Origin: an uncultured Acidobacteriota bacterium
GTDB taxonomy: Bacteria > Acidobacteriota > Blastocatellia > RBC074
Length of the DNA: 64,000 bases
Direction of reading: 5' to 3'
Assembly: GCA_963796275.1 (NCBI GenBank)
Contig: CAWCKY010000006.1
Location: 1,600,001-1,664,000 of the forward strand
Made by a program: the position numbers and the translations under genes
Notes under the pieces: model-generated
Seen by the model: only the letters and a program-made list of their open reading frames with translations
Told to the model about the DNA's origin: nothing
Database searches by the model: none
Shown: positions 29,912 through 40,681 of the stretch, in pieces
Layout of the letters: each line of letters begins with the position of its first letter
Position numbering within the stretch: position 1 is the first letter of the stretch

Positions 29912-30895
29912 CTACTTTTTCATGACAGACCTGTAGATACCGATCAGTCTGTCCGCAAGTACCTTCTCATCCAGCTCTTCGACCGCCTCACGGCCGTTTA
30001 TCCTCTCTCCCCTTCGCAGAACGCGTTCGAGTGAGACTGCAATAGTCTCGGGCGAATCATCCGAACATATCTCGCATCCTTGAACGCCATGCAGGCGCAT
30101 AACCACATCACCGACGATCACTGATACGACCGGCAGATTGCATGCGAGAGCCTCTTTCACTACGGTTGGCGAGCCCTCCTGAAAAGAGGTCATGACAAAT
30201 ACATCACACGCATGCATCAGGACGAGGATGTCTCTGTGCACCATCTTCCATCCAGTGATCAACCGGGCAGGTAACCTCTTATTGAGCTGATCGACGGCTC
30301 GTTTGGCGAGTCCGTATCGTTTATATGGATCATCGGGGTTCCCGACGAACAGGACCAATCGTTCATCGAGCGGGAGCCCCAACTGGCGACGCGCCTCTCC
30401 CTGCGGCATGTTCGGCAACGCATCCATATCCACGCCGGTTGGGAGCAGGTGCAGCGGGACAGATGCCGGGATGTGGGCCCGCATCTGGTCGGAGACTATG
30501 ATCACCGCATCGGCTCTTATTGAGATCAGTCGCGACAGCCACTGCAGAAGCCTGCCTCTCAGCGTCGGGCGGCCATCGTCGCCCTTGATGCCCAGAATGT
30601 CGTCTCCATGAAAAGTCACGACGAGCGGCATTTGCCTGGGCCAGGGAAGCAGGGCGCTTTGGCCGAATTGAGCATGAACCAGATCGTACCGGCTCGGGTC
30701 GATCTGCTTCCGCAGCCGGCTCCATGCCCTCACGTAGTTCATCGGATTCTGCGCACCGCGGTATGAGAAGATATCCACCTCGACGCCCGCCCGTCGCAGG
30801 AAGTTCACTTGCTGCACGAGGAAGGGAACGGCGTGTGGATATTCGGTAGTTGGCCAAGCGTTTGAAAGCATCAAAACGCGTATTTTATCATTCAT
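29912..30895 (-). CDS. Glycosyltransferase family 4
   Basis: HAQFG, TFHGDD and SFQEGSPTVVKEALAC (EX7E) motifs. Confidence 0.9.
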   Translation of the reverse strand: MNDKIRVLMLSNAWPTTEYPHAVPFLVQQVNFLRRAGVEVDIFSYRGAQNPMNYVRAWSRLRKQIDPSRYDLVHAQFGQSALLPWPRQMPLVVTFHGDDILGIKGDDGRPTLRGRLLQWLSRLISIRADAVIIVSDQMRAHIPASVPLHLLPTGVDMDALPNMPQGEARRQLGLPLDERLVLFVGNPDDPYKRYGLAKRAVDQLNKRLPARLITGWKMVHRDILVLMHACDVFVMTSFQEGSPTVVKEALACNLPVVSVIVGDVVMRLHGVQGCEICSDDSPETIAVSLERVLRRGERINGREAVEELDEKVLADRLIGIYRSVMKK

Positions 30896-30929
30896 ATGGA
30901 CTGCTCAGTCATACCCGCCGTTAGTCCCT

Positions 30930-32241
30930 TTAAGCGTTGCCATTTTTGATTACAAACCCTCGTTGGCTAGACCTGACCCAATTACTACGTATTGAGTAAC
31001 AGCCGGCGACCAGTGCATACGCGAAGATAAGCCAGGTTTGCTTGGCTGCCTGCAGAGGTACGGTCATGTTGACCGTCAGGACGGATAAGGTAAGTGCAAA
31101 AGGTAGAATCCCATATATACCAGCGCGCGCCTTCCACCCTCCCCAAACACAGAGTCCTATACAAATGAAGAGCGGAATGCCTCCCGCTACTCCGGTTGAT
31201 GTTAGTACCTCTAGCACCAGGTTATGGCTGTGCTTGGTGTTACGTTTCTTACTTTTGCTGCCGAATTCGAAATGTTTTGTCCGATTATACAGTTCGTATT
31301 GTTGATTGCTCGGTCCCCAGCCGAGGATCGGTTTTTCATTGATCATTGCGGTCGCCGCGGGGAAGATATATTGACGGCCTGCCATATCTCCCCGCTTGAC
31401 CGATTTATTGTACCGGCTCTTCATCGGCTCGGTATTTATAACTATCCAGCCGGCAATACCTATCGCCGAGAGGACGATTATGAAGTTCCTGAGCATTTTT
31501 CCGATATTCCCACGCTTCAGAGTGAACGCGAGGATGCCAATGCCTAAGCCGAGCATCCCACCGCGTGAGCCGGTCATCACCAGGCAAACAGCGATGAGCG
31601 CCATCATTGGCCAGAAGATCAAGCGGTATCTCGGCTTATTGGTTTGCAGGCCGTAAGAAAGACCGATAAGCGTGATCAATCCCAATGCCATGTTGGCAGC
31701 GACAGTATTCGGATCTTGACCGAGAACCGTCACTCGGTCGCCTTCGGTCTCAGAATGATAGACGGTAGTTCCAATTCCCATTATCAGCAGGGAGGCCAGT
31801 ACTGTGGTGGAGATGGCGAAACTGAGAAAAGTAGTTTTGACTATCGTATCGAATCGTAACAGATTATAGCTGGCCCAGAAGAGGAATGCAGCTTGGAGCA
31901 TATTGAAAAAGAATATCGTTGCATTGGGAATATCCGTTGAGTAGAGCGCCATCAAAGCCAAATAGACGAATAGATAGATGGCGAGCCACCAAAAAGCCTT
32001 GGGCGGTTTACGAAAACAGACTTTTGGTTGAAGTAATGCGGTCAGAAGGAAGATCGATCCGGTTATGGTATGCACTTCCACTGGAATCGACCTCGGCGGG
32101 TACTCAAATGGGATCGACATTACAAACACATAGAAGCTCCAGCGAACAATGGGTATCTACGGCGAGGTAAGTTGGCCGGTGTCTGATGGGGTGAGCGGGT
32201 GGAATGCCGGCGGGCACTACCGCTGCGAATGGGCCTCTCAT
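30930..32241 (-). CDS. wzy: Wzy-like O-antigen polymerase/ligase family protein; frameshift near 32152 in the 5' part
   Basis: Polytopic membrane protein with TGSRGG, PILGWGP and HSHNLVLEVL motifs. The ATG at 32241 joins IVRWSFYVF if one base of the GGG at 32151-32153 is removed. Confidence 0.75.
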
Positions 32242-32252
32242 TGGCCTGATTA

Positions 32253-35108
32253 TTAGACCGGGATGAGCCATTTATCTATATCGTAACTAGCCACAGATGC
32301 ACAGTGGCTGCGCAAGATGATGCTTATTGGCCGGGGTCCGGGGTCACCAGTCAGGTATGACGACCCTATGACCTTCAGATCATCACTCAGCATTGTCTTT
32401 AACAAGTTGGGGAAGTATTCGATACGCTCCGAATCGCGGCCCTCATAGACCAGGATACGCCAGGGGATGGAACATAAACTTTCAAGCACGCCGTCATAAG
32501 CGCCACCCGCGACATAATAGACGACCGCATCGGTCAACCTGGGCTGTAGGGCTTCGGGTATGTCGTCTTCCAATCGATATCTCTCTGCGAGGTTGGCGCC
32601 TATGAGGTAGAACCTGGTCGCTCCAGAGGCGAGCAGGAATAGCTCGGAATCCGCCACTACTTCGGGCTTATCCCATCCGATGCCCCAGGCAGCCCCCGCG
32701 ACCAGTGAGGAGTACAACCTCGCTCCTGAGTTGCACCCGATATCCAGTACGACTCGCCCGGCCAGTCCCATCGAAGACTTTTCCAATACATCATTGACGA
32801 ATGACCACTGCCTCGCGCTATTCCCGTTGCCGTGACTCGCGTTCGAGCCGATCAGCCGTGACCAGGCGTTCGGTTGGGATAAACCGAAATTCTGGAAGTC
32901 TATGTACTGAACGCGTCCCAGACTGTTCGAGTAGATGAGGTTTCTGTTGCAGTGCGGCTCCATGAAGTCGATGTTCTCTTCCCACTTTGGGATCAGTATG
33001 CGTAGCTGTGTGCTTGCATTCAGCTGCCTGAGTTGATCAATGAATGATACATATTGTTGTGGCGTAGGACACTCACCGCTCACATGGTCGACAGCAAAGA
33101 CCGAGTAAGACTTTCCTTGCGCCTTCCAGCAAGCCAGGTCCCAGATTCTTGGTCCGATACCGAACGAGTACATGAGGTTTGCCGCAGCCAACCTGTCTTG
33201 TGGCGTCCCGAGTAACCTCTTCAGCACAATGAGAGATTTACGGTGGTTATAAAGGTATCTGGCTTTCGCCGGATGTCGAAAATCTTTGAGAATTTTGAAT
33301 CCTGTTCCTGGCCGGTAGAAATTGACGATGGACGGAATAAGGTCATTCAACCTTTCCTGTGGTGGGATATAAAATGTATGACCTCCCTCGTTCACCTCCA
33401 GGCCTTTTCCTCGAAGCCATCCGAGGAGTTCGCCGGGGGAGTCGCAATGGGGAAAGGGAACGTCCCAAGCCATCGCCAGTTGCCTGGGCGTCTTGCTGAA
33501 GATCCCATTATGAATACCAACAGCTCCCCAGTGGCCGTTCTGAATTATATGACGCAAGACCAACAGGTTATCGTATATGACCTCTATAACTTTAAATGCC
33601 ATCCGGTTTTGGCGCAGGTAGGTCTTGAGAGTTGGCTTCAGGTTATCGGTGAAGTATTGTTTTACTTTATCGCTAGAGCCGAGGGAACACATGTTTAACC
33701 ACCGATCCGGCAGTAGCAGCGCCGCCGAAATGACTCCTATGAGCGACATCGCAAATGTCGCAGCAAGAATAACCAGATGAGGCAATTGAGCGCCTCGCAA
33801 CAGGAGAGTTACCGGCAATGCGAATGCGACGACCGATGCCCCCAAGGCCAGCCCCGGCAGTTGGGATAAGTAGAACTCTCTCCAAGTAGATTCCGTCAGG
33901 TAGATGCTCAGCCGTCCCAGCAACAGGTAGATGACGGCAAGAGCGGCGACGACGCCGACCGCCACACCATTGATCCCGAATGATGCGCCCGCCACAGAGC
34001 CTGCGATTACACAGGCCGCATAAACGGTATGGCACCAGAATTTCAAATAGACCGCGCCTTTTGCCCGAGCCAGCGAATCCCCAAGGTTATAGATTGAATG
34101 AAAGACGCCGCCCAGGCAGAGGATCTGAAGGGACGCGATAGCGCCCGTCCACTGCGGACCGAAGACGCCTGCCATAACTTCCGGGGCAGCGATGGCGAGC
34201 GAGGTCAGCAGAGGGATTACTACAATCGTGGAAAAAAAGACCGAGGCGATATATGCGCGCCTCAGCGCTCGCGTGTCATCCTGCATCCTCGAATAGACGG
34301 GGAAGAGCACATAGCTGATCACCGAAGAGAACTGATACATCGGTAATGAGATCAGTTGATAGGTCCGTGAGTAGAGGCCCAAATCCGTCGCGCCGAGCCA
34401 GCGGCCGACGACGAAGTAATCGCCGTTCCGCGCGGCATAATTCGCGAGCCGTGAGAGGCTCGACCCTACCCCGAAGTTCAGGAACTGTCGCGTCTCGATC
34501 CGTGCAAAACTTGGCCGCAGCGGGTGTGGGGAAGCTACGAAAAGTAACACCGCCCTTAATACCGACTCGATCACGATCGCCCAGGCTAATGCCCATACAC
34601 CCCGGTCCGATAGAGCGAGTATTACCCCCACCAGCGCATAACCGACCGAATACGATGACAACTCAACTACGAAGAGTTTTCGGTAGTCGAGCTTCCGTTC
34701 GAGAAGGGCCGCCGATGTTGAGCTGAGACTCGAAAGAAGAAATGATAAGGATATGAACCGCAGCAGCGGCGTGACAGCATCGTTGCGAAATACCGCAGCA
34801 ACCAGCGGCGCGCCGGCGTAGATTCCCGCAGTGATCGCCATACCGCTCGCCACCGAGACCGTGAATGCAACGCGTATATGAGTTTTGGTCAGCTCTTTGC
34901 ATTGTATAACCGCAGGAGCCATACCGATCTGTGATATCCGGTATGCGAGGTTCATCACGATCATCACCAGAGTCAGCAGCCCGAATGCTTCCACCGGGAG
35001 AAGCCTCGCCAGGATAATGGTGACGATCAGGCGTAGAACGAATATCGATGACTCGGAGAGGAAGCGCCAGGCAAATGCGCCCATCGTTCGCTCAAATAGT
35101 GGTTGCAT
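32253..35108 (-). CDS. wzx: Wzx-type flippase fused to kinase-like and SAM-methyltransferase-like domains (951 aa)
   Basis: First ~470 aa: ILARLL..FG, DYFVVGRWLG..LGLYSR. C-terminal half: EGGHTFY, FKILK, DF..CNRNLI, YIDFQ, then VLDIGCNSG. Confidence 0.8.
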   Translation of the reverse strand: MQPLFERTMGAFAWRFLSESSIFVLRLIVTIILARLLPVEAFGLLTLVMIVMNLAYRISQIGMAPAVIQCKELTKTHIRVAFTVSVASGMAITAGIYAGAPLVAAVFRNDAVTPLLRFISLSFLLSSLSSTSAALLERKLDYRKLFVVELSSYSVGYALVGVILALSDRGVWALAWAIVIESVLRAVLLFVASPHPLRPSFARIETRQFLNFGVGSSLSRLANYAARNGDYFVVGRWLGATDLGLYSRTYQLISLPMYQFSSVISYVLFPVYSRMQDDTRALRRAYIASVFFSTIVVIPLLTSLAIAAPEVMAGVFGPQWTGAIASLQILCLGGVFHSIYNLGDSLARAKGAVYLKFWCHTVYAACVIAGSVAGASFGINGVAVGVVAALAVIYLLLGRLSIYLTESTWREFYLSQLPGLALGASVVAFALPVTLLLRGAQLPHLVILAATFAMSLIGVISAALLLPDRWLNMCSLGSSDKVKQYFTDNLKPTLKTYLRQNRMAFKVIEVIYDNLLVLRHIIQNGHWGAVGIHNGIFSKTPRQLAMAWDVPFPHCDSPGELLGWLRGKGLEVNEGGHTFYIPPQERLNDLIPSIVNFYRPGTGFKILKDFRHPAKARYLYNHRKSLIVLKRLLGTPQDRLAAANLMYSFGIGPRIWDLACWKAQGKSYSVFAVDHVSGECPTPQQYVSFIDQLRQLNASTQLRILIPKWEENIDFMEPHCNRNLIYSNSLGRVQYIDFQNFGLSQPNAWSRLIGSNASHGNGNSARQWSFVNDVLEKSSMGLAGRVVLDIGCNSGARLYSSLVAGAAWGIGWDKPEVVADSELFLLASGATRFYLIGANLAERYRLEDDIPEALQPRLTDAVVYYVAGGAYDGVLESLCSIPWRILVYEGRDSERIEYFPNLLKTMLSDDLKVIGSSYLTGDPGPRPISIILRSHCASVASYDIDKWLIPV

Positions 35109-36654
35109 AATGAGGCGAAGATTCTTTTATCAACTCATGTTCCCAGCCATGCTGGCATACGAGTCGAGAGGTACCCTCGTTACCCAGGAACTTGACATTG
35201 CTGTATACCGGATCGCGATAGTCAGTTACCTTGCCGCTTTCGATGGCCTCGATAACCTGCTTAACTCCCAGATTCACAGTCCATTTGGGCACAAACCCGA
35301 GAACATTGCGTATCTTGTTGAAGTTGACCCGGTAATTCCGGCGGTCAGCGTCCGGTCCCAGATCGATGATCTGAGCAGAGGGAACCAGTCGATTGATCAT
35401 TTCACCGACCATGTTGATGGTGTAGTTCTGTTCATTCGAACCGACGTTGAAGGTCTGATTCCTTACCAGCGGGAAGGGAGCTTCCAGAGTCTTGAATACG
35501 GCGCGCGCCGCATCGTGCACGTGCAGAAATGGCCGCCATTGATCACCGCCGCGAATAGTTATCTGTCCCTCGATGAGAGCTTTCGCAGTCAGCAGGTTGA
35601 TCACCAGGTCGAAGCGGGTGCGCCCGGAAAGGCCGTAGATGGTGCCGAAGCGCAGCACGCTGGGAGCGAAGCTGTGATCGGTCATGCTCATCAGGACCCG
35701 CTCGGACGCGATCTTGCTTCGCGCGTAGAGTGAAACGGGATTCAGTTCGGAGTGTTCATCCAGAACTTCGTCGCAGGCTCCATAGACGGAACAGGTGCTG
35801 GCGAAGATAAATCGACTGACTCCGCTCCCCTTGGCGACCTCGGCGATCATGCGCGTGGCCATCAGGTTGACCTCGATAGTCAGGTCTTCATCGAGCGCGC
35901 AGGCCGGATCGCCGACGATCGCGCCCAGATGTATCACCGCATCCATGTTTTTCGTAGCCTGCACGACTTTATCGACCTGCCGGAAATCAGCCCGCATAAT
36001 CTCCAGCCTCGGGTGACCCAATAGTTCCCGTATCGCATCAGAGCCGTAGAGGAACAGGTCGAGCAGTCGCACGCGATACCCTTTATCCAGTAACATCGGC
36101 AGTAGAGCAGACCCGATGTACCCGGCGCCCCCGATGACCAGGACATTTTTCACCTTATTATCATCGCTCTGCTTATAATTATGGATCTCCGCACGGACCA
36201 CGCTCGACCAGAGTGACGACCATATCCGCGAACCAACCAGAAAAAATATGCTTAAGAACCATGCGTAGAGGTATGTGCCGCGTTGCAGGCCCGGACCTTT
36301 CATGAAGTAAGAAAGGAAGCCGAATAGCAGATAAGCCAGGCTGACGGCGTGGGTTACAACCAAGGCCTTGTATCGTCCGCGGTAAACCCGGCCGTACGTA
36401 TAAAAGCCGCTGAGAGAGAAGACAAAGAGACAGACCAGTGTAAGCTGCAGGGCACTGTTTCGGTATCCGATCAGGTTATTCCAGAGGACTTGCTTGTAGC
36501 TGGCTCCATTCCCGTCATTCTCTGTAATTATGAAGTGAACCAAACGGATAACTATCGAGGTCAGAACCGCCGCATTGATGAGCAGGGTATCGGCGATGCC
36601 TCGTAACACCATTACCTTAGTAACACGCAAGTGAGACAGTAGATTCATCGTCAA
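35092..36654 (-). CDS. NAD-dependent epimerase/dehydratase with an N-terminal multi-TM domain
   Basis: About four TMs, then IGGAGYIG, HLGAIVGD, STCSVYG and YARSK. Confidence 0.88.
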   Translation of the reverse strand: MTMNLLSHLRVTKVMVLRGIADTLLINAAVLTSIVIRLVHFIITENDGNGASYKQVLWNNLIGYRNSALQLTLVCLFVFSLSGFYTYGRVYRGRYKALVVTHAVSLAYLLFGFLSYFMKGPGLQRGTYLYAWFLSIFFLVGSRIWSSLWSSVVRAEIHNYKQSDDNKVKNVLVIGGAGYIGSALLPMLLDKGYRVRLLDLFLYGSDAIRELLGHPRLEIMRADFRQVDKVVQATKNMDAVIHLGAIVGDPACALDEDLTIEVNLMATRMIAEVAKGSGVSRFIFASTCSVYGACDEVLDEHSELNPVSLYARSKIASERVLMSMTDHSFAPSVLRFGTIYGLSGRTRFDLVINLLTAKALIEGQITIRGGDQWRPFLHVHDAARAVFKTLEAPFPLVRNQTFNVGSNEQNYTINMVGEMINRLVPSAQIIDLGPDADRRNYRVNFNKIRNVLGFVPKWTVNLGVKQVIEAIESGKVTDYRDPVYSNVKFLGNEGTSRLVCQHGWEHELIKESSPHYATTI

Positions 36655-36681
36655 AACTTTCTTTTTGGTGGAAGTCAGACC

Positions 36682-36775
36682 ACCTCAACGGCGCAGAGAA
36701 CGCTGATGGTGAGCTGAGGTCATATGATCCCGGCTATGCCTCCGCACACCTCAGCGTTCTCTGCCCAACTGAGGT
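36682..36775. repeat. Imperfect palindromic intergenic element
   Basis: ACCTCAACGGCGCAGAGAACGCTGA ... TCAGCGTTCTCTGCCCAACTGAGGT. Confidence 0.65.
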
Positions 36776-36791
36776 TAACCGGTAATCTTCA

Positions 36792-39215
36792 CTACGTTTT
36801 CTTGGCACCGGGGGCATTATCACGTGTGTAATTTGAGTAATAGTTATGGTTTTTACCATTCTGCGCATCGACGTTGTTTAGCACGACTCCCAGAATGTGC
36901 CCTCCCACGTGGAAAAGCTTTTGCCGCGAGCGGCGCACGGCATCACGATTACTCTTACCCATGCTCACGACGAGGATTACGCCGTCGACCAGGGTCGATA
37001 GTATCACCGGGTCAGCCAGGTTGATCATGGGTGGGGAGTCTATGATGATGTGATCGTAACGCTGTGAAAGCGCCTGTAGCATTTCCTTCATCCTTTGCGA
37101 GCTGATCAACTCGGCCGGTCTCTCCGGGATAGAGCCGCTCGGAAGCAGCGAGAGGTCGTGAATATTGAGCTTTTTGATGACAGTGTTCAGTTTCGCATTA
37201 CCTGAAAGGTATTCTGATAGACCAGGCCTGGAATTAATGCCGAGTTCTTTATGAATGCGTGGTGTGCGAAGATCGCAATCGATAATTAACACCGATTTTC
37301 CCAGCTGCGCCAGGCTCACTGCGGCGTTGATGGTTGTAGTGGTTTTTCCTTCGCCCGGTTGGCTGCTCGTGATCAGCAGCGTCTTGCACGAATTGATCTC
37401 GACTGAGAGCATCAGGGACGCGACCAGCAAGCGGTAGGCTTCGGCTGCCTGTGAATGACTATCGAGCCTCACCGTGTAAACAGGAAAAACTTCGTCTGGT
37501 GTTACCGCAGTTAGCGGGATTTCTTGCGTCGCGATTATCGAGGTAACTGTTGTGTTTTGATCTCCCGCAGGGAAGTGCCTGTCCGGCCCCTTTTGTGAGA
37601 TTGTTCTACGGTGGACCGGGCCAATAGTCGGGATTGCAGCGAGCGCGGGCAATTGCAGGTAGCGGTCGATGTCGTCGACGCTCTGAATTGTCTGGTCGAA
37701 GTATTCAATGAGTATTGTAAGTCCGATCCCCAGGATCAGGCTGAAGAGCATGCTGATCAGTATCCATTGCTTGCGGTGGGGGCCGGCGTCCTGCCTCGGC
37801 ACACGCGCGTACTCGACCAGACGCAAGTTGTTCTCCTGCTGGGCCATCTCGAACTTGGCCTGGTTGCTTTTTTCGAGAAAGCTCCGGAAGAGAGACTTGG
37901 ATGTTTCAACTTCCTGTTGGAGAACGCCGAACTGTATCGTCTCCTGATTCTCCTGTGCGCTCTCCTGTTTCGCCTGTTCCAGCGCTGCTTTGAATGCGCC
38001 TTCATCGCGTATAGCGCGCTCGAAATCGTTCTTAAGTTTTTCACCCATCGTTTTGCTGGAAGATTCCAACTGCTTTCGGAGGGCTGCTATCTGCTGGTTC
38101 ACCTCGATGGTTTGCGGGTTCTCGGGGCCGTAATTGACGTCGAGCTGTGCGGATCGAAGTGTGAGTTCACTCAGCTTTTTCTGTAGCTCTGATACTATCG
38201 GATCAGCGAAAGCTTCAGGGATCAGCGTGGCACGGCCAAGTTTCGCCTCCTCAAAGAGCGATCCCTTGATGATGCGATCGGTTTCGGCACGCGTGACCTC
38301 GCCCTGAAGGCGCGCGACTTTTTCGGCGCTCAAGGAGCCCTTACCCAGCGGTGCGATGATAGTGTGAGCCCGAGTATAATCGGCCAGCGCCTGTTCGGAC
38401 TTCTCAGCCCGCGACTTGAGCTCTCGCGTTGTACGGTCAAGCCAGCCCGATGTCTCCGAGAACTTGCTGGCTTTGCCCTGGAAATTGCGCTGAATGAAAA
38501 ACTGAGCGAGACGGTTGCAGACGGTGGCGGCGAGAACCGGATCGGAGTGCGTAAATTTGATCTTGATCAGACGTGTGTCTGAGATGGCTTCCACCGAGAG
38601 CAATTCGTCGAATAACGCTACATAAGGCTCCAGGCGCCAGCTTTCCGCCGCGGTAAGTTGGTGCGGCGGGATGCTCTTAGCATCGGGTATAACTGACGAT
38701 GTGGGGACATCCAAAGCGGGGTTCTCAGCTGGTCTCATTTGTATTCGGTCGACGATGCTCTTGAATGTTTCCCGGATCGTCCTTTTCTCCGGTCTCAACA
38801 ATCCCGGTTGGTGATCGAGCTTCATGTCGACTATCACATCTTCAATCAGCGGGATGCTATTGAGCATGAAGAGCTTCGTCTTCATGCTCTCGTCGCCCTG
38901 GATGACCAGATCATTCTCCCCATACTTGATCAACGATGTATCCTCTTTGCCGACCGAGACGATGGCATATGACTGATAAGTCTCTTTCCTCCGGTACATT
39001 TCGAAAGTAACGAGTGAAGTGACGAAGAGAACCAGTAAAGCGATTGACCATTTGCGCTTTAATATTCCTCTCAAGCATCTTGATAGGTCAATTCCCGAGT
39101 TTCCATCATCTGCGCCATAACCATTGTTATTGGTATCCTGGTAATCGACCCGGGGATAAGAAAATGTCTCATTCGTCAGCTGGCGGCGTTCTAGTGCGGT
39201 TCTATCATCTGACAT
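36792..39215 (-). CDS. wzc: Wzc-like polysaccharide co-polymerase / tyrosine autokinase
   Basis: Two TMs flanking a coiled-coil domain; Walker A GEGKTT, IDCDLRTP, IIIDSPP; C-terminal YYSNY. Confidence 0.9.
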   Translation of the reverse strand: MSDDRTALERRQLTNETFSYPRVDYQDTNNNGYGADDGNSGIDLSRCLRGILKRKWSIALLVLFVTSLVTFEMYRRKETYQSYAIVSVGKEDTSLIKYGENDLVIQGDESMKTKLFMLNSIPLIEDVIVDMKLDHQPGLLRPEKRTIRETFKSIVDRIQMRPAENPALDVPTSSVIPDAKSIPPHQLTAAESWRLEPYVALFDELLSVEAISDTRLIKIKFTHSDPVLAATVCNRLAQFFIQRNFQGKASKFSETSGWLDRTTRELKSRAEKSEQALADYTRAHTIIAPLGKGSLSAEKVARLQGEVTRAETDRIIKGSLFEEAKLGRATLIPEAFADPIVSELQKKLSELTLRSAQLDVNYGPENPQTIEVNQQIAALRKQLESSSKTMGEKLKNDFERAIRDEGAFKAALEQAKQESAQENQETIQFGVLQQEVETSKSLFRSFLEKSNQAKFEMAQQENNLRLVEYARVPRQDAGPHRKQWILISMLFSLILGIGLTILIEYFDQTIQSVDDIDRYLQLPALAAIPTIGPVHRRTISQKGPDRHFPAGDQNTTVTSIIATQEIPLTAVTPDEVFPVYTVRLDSHSQAAEAYRLLVASLMLSVEINSCKTLLITSSQPGEGKTTTTINAAVSLAQLGKSVLIIDCDLRTPRIHKELGINSRPGLSEYLSGNAKLNTVIKKLNIHDLSLLPSGSIPERPAELISSQRMKEMLQALSQRYDHIIIDSPPMINLADPVILSTLVDGVILVVSMGKSNRDAVRRSRQKLFHVGGHILGVVLNNVDAQNGKNHNYYSNYTRDNAPGAKKT

Positions 39216-39330
39216 TGGTGATTTCTCTACTGGAACAGAGATTTTTGAGAGGAATTATAGGAATGAGATAGATCCTAGAAAAAAAGTAAAATCCTGTCAT
39301 TTCCATTTTTTGCGATGGGCTGAGTGCTAC

Positions 39331-40677
39331 CTATCGACCTCTCTGTGAAGAGTTTCCGATAAACTCATGAGCGCCTATATCGAAACCTTTCCCCTGCGGC
39401 CTGATGCACCAGCTTTTATCAAATGGCGCTTCAGGCATATTCATACCCTTATCTATTGCAGCACTGTCCGGAAGCAGGCGGAAATCCAACGCCGAAAGAT
39501 TGATAAATTTCGGATCGGTGAAGAGAAGGTTATCGATCACCGCAACACCCATTTGTGGCATCCGGTCCGTTATGCTTTTTGCGGTCGTCAGGTTGTTGCT
39601 TATTACTACGTCGATGAACCGGGCGGAACCGACATCAATGGCAGCATCGGTTGGTTGGTGGAAGATATTATTGACTATTCTGATGTCGGTCATATCGCTT
39701 CCGCCGCCAATGACGATGTGCCCCGTCTGGTTGGGATTCGGCCCGGAAAAGGTGTTGTGCGCGATAACAGTTCGCGACCTGGTATGAGGGTACTCCTGAA
39801 TCGCCCATCCGCGCTGATGGTTGTAGAAGATGTTATTGCGGATCGTAACGTCGTTTCCCCGAGAATGATATATGCCATGATCATGGTTTTGCCAGAATTT
39901 GTTGGACGGATTACATCCACCTTCTCCAGGCGCAAAACGTCCGATGTCGTGGATAGTATTTCCCTCTATCAGCACGTTATCACGACCAATATAAATACCT
40001 ACCTGCCCGTTTGTGGTATTGGTGCAATGTCTCCCGATATGATGGATGCGGTTGCCGATGATCTGCACATCATGGCCGCCATTGTACAACTCGAATCCGG
40101 ATGAACTGCCGTCATTGCCCATTCCATAAACGTCGAAACCCTCTATCCGGATATACGCCGCTTTCGAAGAAGCAAACCTGAAGCCGTTTTGCACCTTGTT
40201 CTTCTCACCGTCAATCCTGGCTCCCCCTGGGTTCCTGGACTTGAACACTACCCAGTTATCAGGAGCTCCTCCTCTCGTCAGACAGACAACCGCCGTAAAG
40301 CGATTACATGACGGATGTGGCGACCCCATCGTATAGACGCCATCCTCGACGATAACTGTGTCACCGGGATTGACGGTATCGGCAGCTTTTTGAATTGTTT
40401 TGAATGGAGATGTCCCGCTACCGGGATTGGAATCAGTACCAATTGTCGAGACGAAGTATTTCATCCCTCTTACCAAAAATCGGGTGTTCGGCGACGTTTG
40501 CCCGCAGACCGAAGAGACTGTCTCTGAAACCGCCGGATTCGGATTTTTCCGTTGTTTTCGCGCAGCTGATGTAGCCCGATCCGAATCGGTCGCCGGAGCT
40601 GGATTCTGTGTGGACGATGTATTCGCCAGTATTATGAGGAAGAAGATGATGATTTTAGTTGCTTCAAGAGTGCCCAT
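39331..40677 (-). CDS. Secreted right-handed beta-helix protein (pectate-lyase-like fold)
   Basis: Signal peptide, YFVS..GTDSNPG..PFKTIQKA, PGDTV.V.DGVY, repeated I.NN.F units, C-terminal DFRL..AID.G..DIGA.E. Confidence 0.8.
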   Translation of the reverse strand: MGTLEATKIIIFFLIILANTSSTQNPAPATDSDRATSAARKQRKNPNPAVSETVSSVCGQTSPNTRFLVRGMKYFVSTIGTDSNPGSGTSPFKTIQKAADTVNPGDTVIVEDGVYTMGSPHPSCNRFTAVVCLTRGGAPDNWVVFKSRNPGGARIDGEKNKVQNGFRFASSKAAYIRIEGFDVYGMGNDGSSSGFELYNGGHDVQIIGNRIHHIGRHCTNTTNGQVGIYIGRDNVLIEGNTIHDIGRFAPGEGGCNPSNKFWQNHDHGIYHSRGNDVTIRNNIFYNHQRGWAIQEYPHTRSRTVIAHNTFSGPNPNQTGHIVIGGGSDMTDIRIVNNIFHQPTDAAIDVGSARFIDVVISNNLTTAKSITDRMPQMGVAVIDNLLFTDPKFINLSALDFRLLPDSAAIDKGMNMPEAPFDKSWCIRPQGKGFDIGAHEFIGNSSQRGR

Positions 40678-40681
40678 CGAA

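Noticed and set aside
34885-35733. 282-aa plus-strand ORF and similar antisense ORFs (9147-9752, 39367-40104, 63271-63918)
   Set aside because: They lie opposite well-supported genes and have no recognisable domains.
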